Assembly (NCBI RefSeq): GCF_044704955.1
Contig: NC_091996.1
Span: 17,856,001 to 17,920,000 of the forward strand
From: Pristiophorus japonicus
Lineage: Eukaryota
DNA length: 64,000 bases
Direction of reading: 5' to 3'
A program made the position numbers and the translations under genes. The notes under the pieces are model-generated. The model ran no database searches. It saw nothing but the letters and a program-made list of their open reading frames with translations, and was not told the origin of the DNA. Below, piece by piece: positions 12,182 through 22,800 of this stretch. Positions within the stretch are counted from its first letter, which is position 1. Every line of letters starts with the position of its first letter.

Positions 12182-12600
12182 CATTTATATAGCGCCTTTA
12201 ATGTCGTGAAATGTCCCAAGGCGCTTCACAGGAGTATTATTAGACAAAAAAATTGACACCGAAACATATAAGGAGAAATTAGGGCAGGTGACCAAAAGCT
12301 TGGTCAAAGAGGTGTGTTTTAAGGAGAGTCTTAAAGGAGGATAGAGAGGGCGAGAGGTTTAGGCAGGACATTCCAAAGCTTAGGACCCAGGTAACAAAAG
12401 GCACGGCTACCAATGCTTGAGTGATTACAATCAGGAATGCTCAAGAAGGCAGAATTAGAGGAGTGCAGATATCTCAAGGGGTTGTGGGGCTGGAGGAGAT
12501 TACAGAGATAGGGAGGGGTGAGGCCATGGAGGGAATTGAAAACAAGGATGAGAATTTTGAAATTGAGGCGTTCATTGCTTAACCGAGAGTCAATGTTGGA
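12182..12600 (-). mobile_element. L2 LINE 3' fragment
   Basis: ORF 12331..12603 contains FKILILVFNSLHGLTPPYL...GSRAFCYLGPKLWN, a typical L2 ORF2 C-terminus. Confidence 0.85.
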
Positions 12601-13060
12601 CACCTACAAGTAGTAGACAGAAGAAGATCCAGTGAGCCAGCAATGAAGTGATAATGAAACAAAAAGTGGAGGGGAATGGGTGGTGGGCAGTGCAGAGCAT
12701 ATAGCCAGCTGAAGCTGAGAAACAGGGAGCATCACCTGGCAAAAAGGAGCGTGGGAGTATTCTGCCAGGGAATTTTTGGCTGTCAACAGGGAACAGTACG
12801 CACTTCACTCTGTGATGTGCCTTCGGACATTTATCTTCACTAAAGGCACAACATAAATCTAGGTTGTTGTTAGGCTGTGCCGTCCTAATCTTGCATGCGT
12901 GCGTTTTTCTAATATCCCTGCTGTACACTGGCTTTTTTGAGTCACCCGACTTCAACCACCTGCGGCTTGAAATATCTCTCCCTCACAACACTAAATTCAT
13001 CAACTATCTCTACCACTCCACCAACCTTAACAACTTTTCAGAACTTTTCAACTTGCTGTC

Positions 13061-13294
13061 TGTCATGTATTCAACCAGCATTGTAACCCATGTATAAATT
13101 GACCTAAGTTGTACACTGTGAGAACAATGACCACTAGGTGGGAGACACTCCTAACCTGGACCTTCAGGTATAAAAGGGGAAGCTCCACCCACCTTCATCA
13201 CTTGAGTGCTAAGGAATAAAGGACAGGTCACAGACTGACCTTCTCTCAAGCATGGGCCTCATGTGCATTTATACTGTTTGGTAAGGACGTATCA
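13061..13294 (+). mobile_element. Solo LTR (Gypsy-type), 234 bp
   Basis: TG...CA termini, perfect 5-bp TSD CTGTC (13056-13060, 13295-13299), internal TATAAAA and AATAAA. Same TGTCATGTAT start and length as the LTRs at 20691 and 24401. Confidence 0.88.
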
Positions 13295-13479
13295 CTGTCA
13301 AACAAAATTGAACCTCACATCTCTGAATTCTCTGCTGATGAAATCAATTCTCAGTGTCATCGATCTTCAGTATTGGCAGTGGTTTTATTCTCTTCTACTG
13401 ATCAGACTGGCACAAATTACTTTATCATGAATAGCCACAAACACCTCATCAATCAGCTTGCTCAGTACAGTTGTTATTA

Positions 13480-13580
13480 GACTGAAGGGTTCACAGCCAA
13501 AACATCATAACCTGTCTTTTCTCTTTAGATGCTGACTGCCCTGCTGTGTATTTCCAGTATTTTGTTTTTTTCTATTTCTG
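13480..13580 (+). mobile_element. Degenerate Penelope-type repeat fragment
   Basis: gatgctgactgccctgctgtgtatttccagtattttg resembles the copies at 48288 and 51070. Confidence 0.5.
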
Positions 13581-13734
13581 TCTGGGATGCCGATCACTGA
13601 ATTAGCATTTTAAATACCCCTTTCCTTCAAAAGATAGCCTTTAACTGGAATAATTCTTGAGCAAAGATTTCTATAATACAAACAATTTCTGAACAGTCAT
13701 ATCAGTTTTCAATACAGCACTTAGAAAGCAAGGC

Positions 13735-14075
13735 CCACTCTAGAAGCTGAGTGCATAACTAAAACTGAAAATGCGTTGTGTGACTGAAGGAAAGTTTCAT
13801 CAAGGACATCATCCTTTGGATGAACCATTAAGTTGAGGCCCTGTGTGCCTGATCAGGTGCAAGATCCTGTAGCACCATCTGGTGAGAAGCAGGGAGCTTT
13901 CTCCCGATTTCCAGGGCAACATTCTTCTTCCAACCAACACTATCAAAAGGAAATTAATTGGTCATTGCTGTCTGTGGGATCCTGCTCTGTGCAAAATGGC
14001 TGCCGTGTTTCCCCTACATTAGTCACCTCACTTATACATGAAACACTTTTAAGACATTACTAGAGGCGTCTTCCT
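13735..14075 (+). mobile_element. Deu-domain SINE (diverged)
   Basis: Degenerate Deu core: gatgaaccattaagttgagg...caggtgcaagatcctgtagcacc...gaagcaggg. Confidence 0.55.
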
Positions 14076-14133
14076 TCCTTTGCTGCTACTCGACTCTTCA
14101 TAGCTAAGTTACTGCAGAAAGAGAACTATTCAC

Positions 14134-14205
14134 CTTTTTCCGATGCAAAATGTTGCTGATCAAGCTGTTATTTCTTATGATGATTTGTGTTGGTCCCCTC
14201 AGCAT
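14134..14205 (-). CDS. KYAT1: Candidate upstream KYAT1 exon encoding an N-terminal (mitochondrial-type) leader, MLRGPTQIIIRNNSLISNILHRKK
   Basis: ATG at 14205 and phase-0 donor AAG|gtgaat at 14133, in frame with GTA AAG ATG of the next exon. Acceptors at ttatttacag (exon start 14233) or ttcattttcag (14281). Peptide is basic with no acidic residues. Lies in non-repeat sequence. Confidence 0.55.
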
Positions 14206-14324
14206 ATCCACTGTCTCCTCTGTAACAAGGAACCTGTAAATAAGACTGTTAGAATCCACCCAGTCTTCTGCCCATCATCTGCTGAAAATGAAAGTACAAT
14301 ATGCTGAATAATTATAGGCACATT

Positions 14325-15503
14325 CATAGAAACATAGAAACATAGAAAATAAGTGCAGGAGTAGGCCATTCGGCCCTTCGAGCATGCACCACCATTCAAT
14401 AAAATCATGGCTGATCATTCCCTCAGTACCCCTTTCCTGCTTTCTCTCCATACCCCTTGATCTCTTTAGCCGTAAGGGCCATATCTAACTCCCTCTTGAA
14501 TATATCCAATGAACTGGCATCAACAACTCTCTGCGGCAGGGAATTCCACAGGTTAACAACTCTCTGAGTGAAGAAGTTTCTCCTCATCCCAGTCCTAAAT
14601 GGCCTACCCCTTATCCTAAGACTATGTCCCCTGGTTCTGGACTTCCCCAACATCGGGAACATTCTTCCCGCATCTAGCCTGTCCAGTCCCGTCAGAATCT
14701 TATATGTTTCTATGAGATCCCCTCTCATCCTTCTAAACTCCAGTAAATAATGGCCCAGTTGATCTAGTCTCTCTTCTATGTCAGTCCAGCCATCCCTGGA
14801 ATCAGTCTGGTGAACCTTCGCTGCACTCCCTCAATAGCAAGAACGTCCTTCCTCAGATTGGGAGACCAAAACTGAACACAATATTCCAGGTGAGGCCTCA
14901 TCATGGCTCTGTACAACTGCAGTAAGACCTCCCTGCTCCTATACTCAAATCCCCTAGCTATGAAAGCCAACATGCCATTTGTCTTCTTCACCGTTGCTGT
15001 ACCTGCCTGCCAACTTTCAATGACTGCTGAACCATGACAGTCAGGTCTCGTTGCACCTCCCCTTTTCCTAATCTGCCGCCATTCAGATAATATTCTGCCT
15101 TCCTGTTTTTGCCCCCAAAATGGATAACCTCACATTTATCCACATTATGCTGCATCTGCCATGCATTTGCCCACTCACCTAACCTGTCCCAAATCACCCT
15201 GCAGCCTTTTAGTGTCCTCCTCACAGCTCACACCGCCACCCAGTTTAGTGTCATCTGCAAACTTGGAGATATTACACTCAATTCCTTCATCTAAATCGTT
15301 AATGTATATTGTAAAGAGCTGGGGTCCCAGCACTGAGCCCTGCGGCACTCCACTAGTCACTGCCTGCCATTCTGAAAAGGACCCGTTTATCCCGACTCTC
15401 TGCTTCCTGTCTTCCAACCAGTTCCCTATCCACGTTAGTACATTACCCGCAATACCATGTGCTTTGATTTTGCACACCAATCTCTTGTGCGAGACCTTGT
15501 CAA
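14325..15503 (-). mobile_element. 5'-truncated CR1 LINE
   Basis: ORFs 14423-15480 give the RT ([16 protein letters not shown]) and C-terminus; (catagaaa)n tail at 14325-14350. Confidence 0.93.
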
Positions 15504-15639
15504 AACATTACCCCTTTAATGAGCTGTATAATACCATAAGAACATAACATGCGAAATAGGAGCTGGAGTAGGCCATTTGAACCTTCAAGCCTGCTCTGCC
15601 ATTCAACAACATCATGACTGATCTTCTACCTCCTTGCCG

Positions 15640-18600
15640 ACCTCTGGGCCTCCCGCTGCCGAGTGCTTTGCTCCCTTGCACCCCGCTGATTTTGGATTCG
15701 GCTCCAAACTGCGTTTCCAACCTCTGTCCGCTCACAGCCCTCATCAGGGAAGGTAAGTGATTGGCTGATGGATTGGTAAGTATCTCCCTTTCTCTTTTAT
15801 AATCAGATAAGTTTAAATTAGAGGGATGGCAGGGCAGCTCAGTCCTGTGGAGTGCATATCCTGCGACATGTGGGAAGTTCTGGACGCTTTGCGCAGCCTA
15901 GACAACCATGTGTGCAGGAGGTGTCTCCAGCTTCAACTACTCGAGCTCCGCGTTTCGGAGCTTGAGCAGTGGCTTGATTCACTATGGTGCATCCACGAAG
16001 CTGAGAGCTACGTGGATAGCATGTTTCAGGAGGTGCTCACCCCGCAGCTTAAAAGCGTGCAGGCAGAGGGGCAGTGGGTGACTACCAGACGGAGGAAGCA
16101 CACTCGGCAGGTAGTGCAGGAGTCCCCCCCGAGACCATCTCGCTTTCCAACTGATATTCTCTTTTGAGCATTGGTGAGGGTGATGGTGCCTCTGGGGAGT
16201 GCAGCCAGAGCCAAGTCCAAGGCACCATGGGTGGCTCAGCTGCACAAGGGGGAGAATAAAAAAGCTATACTGGTGGGGGGGTTCAATAGTTAGGGGAATA
16301 GAGAGGCTTTTCTGCGGCCGTAGACGTGACTCCAGGATGGTATGGTGCCTCCCTGGTGCCAGGGTCAAGGATGTCACAGAGCGGATGCAGAACATTCTGG
16401 GGCGGGGAGGGGGGTGGGGGGGAGGGAGAGGGTGAACAGCTAGAGGTCGTAGTCCATATCGGGACCAATTACATAGGTAGAAAGAAGGGATGAGGTCTTG
16501 CAGGCAGAATTTATGGAGCTAGGAGAAAAATTAAAGGGTTGGACCTCAAAGATAGTAATCGCCGAGTTACTACCGGTGCTACGAGCTAATAAGTACAAGA
16601 ATAGAAGGATAGAGAGGATGAACGCGTGGCTGGAGAGTTGATGCAGGAGGGAGGGCTTTAAATTCCTGAGGCATTGGGACCGCTTCTGGGGGAGATGGGA
16701 CCTGTACAAATCGGACGGGATGCACTTCAACAGCGCCGGGACCAATATCCCTGTGGGGAGTTTTGCTAGTGCTGTTGGGTGAGTTTAAACTAGCTTGGCA
16801 GGGGGATGGGAACCCGAGAACAAATTCAATAGGGAAGGAAATAAAACGGAAATTGCAAAGCAAGAATGTAGAAAGTGAATTTGTAAGACAGAGGAAACAA
16901 GGATTAGTAAGTAGTAATTAAGGAGGTCTTCCTGTGCTAAATGGTATATACTTCAATGCAAGGAGTATTGCAAATAAGGCGGATGAGCTGAGCGTACAGG
17001 TAGACACTTGGCAGTATGACATTTTAGCTATTACAGAGACATGGCTGAAAGAGGGGCAGGTTTGACAGCTCTTTACAGGATTTTTAGACAGGATGGCAGG
17101 GAGGGGTCGTGGTATTGATTAAAGAAACTATTACAGCTGTGAGGAGGGATGATATGTTAGAGGGATCATCAAACTGAAAAATAAAAAAGGGGCGATCACA
17201 TTGCTGGGCGTGTATTATAGACCCCCAACAATGGGTGGGAGATAGAGGAGCAAATCTGTAGGCAAATTAGTGAAGTCCAAAAACCATAGGGCAGTAATAG
17301 TTGGGGATTTCAACTATCCTAATATTGATTGGGACAGATATAGTGTGAAGGATATAGAGGGTGCGGAATTCCTAAAATGCATTCCAGAGAACTTTTTTAG
17401 TCAGTATGTAACAAGCCTAACACGGGAGGGGGCGGTTCTGGATTTCGTTTTGGGGAATGAAGCTGGGCAGGTGGAAGGGGTATCAGTGGAAGAGCACTTG
17501 GGTGCCAGTGACCATAATTCAGTCAGATTCAAAGTAGTTATGGATAAGGACAACGATAGACAACAATTTCCCCAAAGTCACAAATTGGGGAAAAGCTAAC
17601 TTTGCTAAGTTGAGAAGCGATTTGGCCATAGTGGACTGGAAACAGCTACTTGAAGGTAAGTCAGTGTCGGAACAGTGGGAGGCATTCAAGGATAAGATCC
17701 GGAGGGCTCAGGCCAAACATGTGCCCTTAAAGAAAAAGGGTGGGAATAACAATTCTAGAGCACCCTGGATGTCTAGGGACTTAAAGGGGAGGATAAAGAA
17801 AAAAATGGAAGCTTATGTCATATACCGACGGCTAAATACTGTAGAATCTCTGGAGGAATATAAGAAGTTCAGAGGTAAAATTAAAAAGGATATTAGGAAT
17901 GTTAAGAGAGAGCATGAAATATTATTGGCAAGTAAAATCAAGAAAAACCCAAAGATGTTCTATAAATATATTAAGAGCAAGAGGATAACTAAAGAAAGGG
18001 TAGGGCCTATTAGAGACCACAAGGGTAATGTGTGTGTGGAGGCGGAAGATGTGGGTATTGTTCTTAATGAATACTTTGCGACTGTTTTCACAAAGGAAAG
18101 AGGCAATGCAGATACTGCTATCGAGGAGGAGTGTGAAATTCTAAATGAAATAGACATAGTGAGAGAGGAGGTATTGGGGGGGTTTGGCAGCTTTGAAAGT
18201 GGATAAGTCCCCAGGCCCGGGCTGTTGAGCGAAGCAAGAGAGGAAATAGCAGAGACTTTGACCATCATTTTCCTGACCTCTTTGGATTCAGGCATAGTGC
18301 CAGAGGACTGCTAATGTGGTACCCTTGTTTAAGAAGGGAGAAAGAGATAGGCCGAGTAATTACAAGCCTGTCAGCCTAACCTCAGTGGTGAGAAAATTAC
18401 TGGAAAAATTGCTGAAGGACAGGATAAATCTACATTTAGAAAGACAAGGATTAATCAGGGACAGTCAGCACGGATTTGTTAAGGGAAGATCATGTTTGAC
18501 TAATCTGATTGAATTTTTCGAGGAGGTAACCAAGAGGGTCGATGAGGGCAGTGCGTACGATGTAGTGTATATGGACTTTAGCAAAACTTTTGATAAGGTC

Positions 18601-20060
18601 CCACATGGCAGACTGGTCACGAAGGTAAAAGCCCATGGGATACAGGGCAAAGTGGCAAGTTGGATCCAAAATTGGCTTAGAGATAGGAAGCAAAGGGTAA
18701 TGGTTGATGGACGTTTTTGTGACTGGAAGGATGTTTCCAGTGGGGTTCCGCAGGGCTCAGTACTGGGTCCCTTGCTTTTTGTGGTATACATCAATGATCT
18801 AGATTTGAATATAGGGGGTATGATTAAAACGTTTGCAGATGACACTAAAGTTGGCTGTGTGGTTAATAATGAAGAGGAGCGTCATGGACTGCAGGACGAT
18901 ATCAATCTACTGGTCAGGTGGGCAGAACAGTGGCAAATGGAATTTAATTCGGATAAGTGTGAGATAATGCATTTGTGGAGGGCTAATAAGGGAAAGGGTA
19001 TACACATTAAACAGTAGGCCATTTAGAAGTGTAGATGAACAAAGGGACCTTGGAGTGCTTGTCCACAGATCCCTGAAAATAGCAGGCCAGGATGATAAGG
19101 TGGTTAAGGATGGCATACGGAATGCTTGCCTTTATTGGCCAAGGCATAGAATACAAGAGCAAGGAGGGTATGCTTAACCTGTATAATTCACTGGTTAGGT
19201 CACAGCTGGAATACTGCGTGCAGTTCTGGTCGCCATATTATAGGAAGGATGTGATTGCACTAGAGAGGCTGCAGAGGAGATTTACGAGGATGCTGCCTAG
19301 AGTGGAGAATCTTAGCTATGAGGACAGATTGGATAGGCTGGGTTTGTTCTCCTTGGAACAGAGGAGGCTGAGGGGAGACCTCATTTGAGGGGCCTGGATA
19401 TAGTGGATAGCAAGGGCCTATTTCCCTTGGTGGAGGGATCAATTACGAGCGGGCATAGGTTTAAGGTGTTTGGTGGAAGGTTGAGAGGGGTTTTGAGGAG
19501 AAGCTTCTTCACGCAGAAGGTTGTGGGGGTGTGGAACTCACTGCCTGGAAGGTGGAGGTAGAAACCCTCACCACATTTAAAAGGTGCTTGGATGTGCACT
19601 TGAAGTGCCGTAACCTGCAAGGTTACAGACCGAGAGCTGGTAAGAGGGATTAGACTAGATAACCTCTTGTTGGCTGGCGCAGACACGATGATAAATACAT
19701 CATGGAATCTAACACGGCTAGAGTGATCTCCTGGACTAGTTTCGATGGGTCAGAGAGGAATTTTCCCAGGTTTTTTTCCCCCAATTGGCCTGGGTTTTTA
19801 TCTGGTGTTTTGCCTCTCCCAGGAGAACGCATGGCTCCGAGTGAGGTGGAGTGTAAAATGTTGCGATACATGGGGTATCGCAGTTGCGTGGGGTAGACTG
19901 GTTGGGCCGAATGCTCTTTGCCTGTCTGCCATTGCTCATTGTTCATAGGTTTATATGTAACCTTCAAGGCTGCTGACCGAGGGCCGTGTGGCTCTTTGTC
20001 GGCCGACGCGGACACAATGGGCTGAAATAGCCTCCTTCTGTGTTGTAAATTTCTACGTTT
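15640..20060 (+). mobile_element. Near full-length, decayed CR1 LINE (5' UTR, ORF1 zinc finger/coiled coil plus SGNH esterase, ORF2 EN-RT, composite 3' UTR)
   Basis: ORF1 remnant 15826-16793 (CISC...HVCRRC, LELRVSELE, GSIVRG, CLPGARV, HIGTN, DGMHF). ORF2 remnants YFNARSIANK, GDFNYP, SDHN, YMDFSKTFDKVPH, FADDTK. Multiple stops and frameshifts. Confidence 0.93.
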
Positions 20061-20957
20061 ACCTCTATCTTCCAGCACTATTCCCATATCCATTAATTCC
20101 CTTAGTTCCCAAAAATGTATCAACCTCTGTCTTGAATATATTCAGAGACTCAGCATCCATAGCTCTCTGGGGTAGAGAATTCCAAAGATTCACAACCCTT
20201 TGAGTGAAGAAATTTCTCCTCATCTCAGTCTTAAATGGCCGACCCCTTATTCTGAGACTGTGACCTTGTGTTCTAGATTCCCCAGCCAGGGGAAACATTT
20301 TCTCTGCATTAACCCTGTCAAGCCCCTTAAGAATTTTATATGTTTCAATTAGAACACCTCTCATTCTTCTAAATTCGAGGGAATATAAGCCGAATCTACT
20401 CAATCTCTCCTCGTAAGGCAATCCCCTCATCCCAGGAACCAGTCTAGTGAACCTTTGTTGCACTCCCTCGAAGGCAAATATGTATTTCCTTAGGTAAGGA
20501 GACCAGAACTGTACACAGTACTCCATGTGTGGCCTTACCAATGCCCTGTATAATTGTAGTAAGACTTCTCCACTCTTGTACTCTAATCCCTTAAGAACAA
20601 AAGCTAACATACCATTTGCTTTCCTAATTGCGTGCAGTATCTGCATGTTAACTTTCTGTGATTCATGTACAAGGACACCTAGTCCCTTTTTGTCATGTAT
20701 CCTACATGGCTACTGTTGGTACTATCGCAAGGTGTGCCACCAGAGGGCACAGCAGTGTGAAACTTGTAGGTTACCTGTACAGGTGTGCTTAGCCGAGTAT
20801 AAAAGGCAGGCCACCAGGTGTGATCCTCACTCTGGAGTTAACGAATAAAGGACGAAGGTCACTACAGTTCAAGTACAACACATTGCCTCGTGGAGTCATT
20901 ACTCGAGCATCTAAGGACACAACAATTGGCGACGAGATTATGAAATTTCACGCGAAA

Positions 20958-22163
20958 ATGGCTACTCTTGGTACGTTGCAGCAGTTCACCGATGGTGATG
21001 ATTGGGACGCCTTTGTGGAGAGGCTCGAACTTTTCTTCACAGCAAACGACCTGGCAGGAGACGACCCGGCCACACTGGCTGATAAGTGCAGAGCTATCTT
21101 GCTAACCAGTTGTGGGCCCACCATCTATGGCCTCATCAGGGACTTGCTGGCAACAGCGAAGACAACGACCAAGACATACAAGGAGCTCGTAACCCTGATC
21201 TATGAGCAACTCAAACCCAAGGAGAGCATCCTCACAGCCAGACACCGGTTCTATACCCACCGACCACCCGAAGGCCAGGAATTCGCAAAGTACGCCGCAG
21301 ACCTCAGAAGGTTGGCGGCACCGTGCGAGTTTGGCACCCACCTCAACGAAGCAATGACATTTTTGTCATTGGAATTGGCCATGAGGGCCTTCTTCATAAG
21401 CTACTGTGGGCGGATATCACAGTCACACTGCAGAAGACCATCTCTGTGAGCCAGTCATTCATGACCTCGACCTGCGGCTCTAGGCAGATGACTCTCCCTC
21501 AGGACTCAAACCCGGCAGGTACTGTGCACAGAGTGGCACCGTTTAGAGACTGGACTGTAGAGCGCAAACCCTCTCAGGAAAGAGAGAACAGGCCCACAAG
21601 TTCCTTAACTCAGAGTCCGCTGAGAAGGGCTAATCGAGTAGCACCATGCTAGCGTTGCGGAGGGAATAACAGAGCGCACCAGTGCCATTTAAAGGCTGCA
21701 GCACAAAGGGCCACCTCCAGCGAATGTGTAAGAGAAATATGACTCACTATGTCGATGAAGAGTCTGTAGATGGCCAGGAATCCAGGGTGGATTATGACTC
21801 GATAGGCAGAGAGACAGCCCAGCCCCATGGGGAGGTACATAGCATGTTTACCTGCACCACCGAGTGTTCCCCGCTGAAGATGGAAGTCGAGATAGATGGC
21901 ATTCCAGTCTTTACGGAAGTGGGCACAGGGGCGAGCCAGTCAGTGCTGAATCAAGAAGCCTTTGAGTGGCTATGGGACAATCAAGCTGAACGACCCAAGT
22001 TGGTCCCGGTTCAGGCAAAGCTGCGCACCTACACCAATGAAATTGTCCCAGTCGTTGGTAGCGCGAATGTAAAGTTACTCCATGATGGCGCGGTGCACAG
22101 GTTACCTCTGTGGATTGTTGCAGGTGATGGACCAACGCTGCTCGGCAGAAGGTGGATGAAGAA
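20958..22163 (+). pseudogene. Decayed gag (two CCHC-like knuckles) and aspartic protease of the LTR element
   Basis: DWDAFVERLELFFTAN...AILLTSCG...ARHRFY...YAADLRRLAAPCEFG; knuckle remnants C*RCGG..HQC and GCSTKGHLQRMC; protease EVGTGASQSV (DTG changed to GTG) and GPTLLGRRW. Frameshifted. Confidence 0.85.
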
Positions 22164-22800
22164 ACATAGAAACATAGAAAATAGGTGCAGGAGTAGGCCA
22201 TTCGGCCCTTCTAGCCTGCACCGCCATTCAATGAGTTCATGGCTGAACATTCAACTTCAGTACCCCATTCCTGCTTTCTCGCCATACCCCTTGATCCCCC
22301 TAGTAGTAAGGACCTCATCTAACTCCTTTTTGAATATATTTAGTGAATTGGCCTCAACAACTTTCTGTGGTAGAGAATTCCACAGGTTCACCACTCTCTG
22401 GGTGAAGAAGTTCCTCCGCATCTCGGTCCTAAATGGCTTACCCCTTATCCTTAGACTGTGACCTCTGGTTCTGGACTTCCCCAACATTGGGAACATTCTT
22501 CCTGCATCTAACCTGTCTAACCCGGTCAGAATTTTAAATGTTTCTTTGAGGTCCCCTCTCATTCTTCTGAACTCCAGTGAATACAAGCCCAGTTGATCCA
22601 GTCTTTCTTGATAGGTCAGTCCCGCCATCCCGGGAATCAGTCTGGTGAACCTTCGCTGCACTCCCTCAATAGCAAGAATGTCCTTCCTCAGGTTAGGAGA
22701 CCAAAACTGTACACAATACTCCAGGTGTGGCCTCACCAATGCCCTGTACAACTGTAGCAACACCTCTCTGCCCCTGTACTCAAATCCCCTTGCTATGAAA
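22164..22800 (-). mobile_element. Young CR1 3' fragment nested in the LTR element
   Basis: ORF 22257..22841 is almost identical to the C-termini of ORFs 34404..37364 and 56472..57107; (catagaaa)n tail. Splits the protease C-terminal region. Confidence 0.93.
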
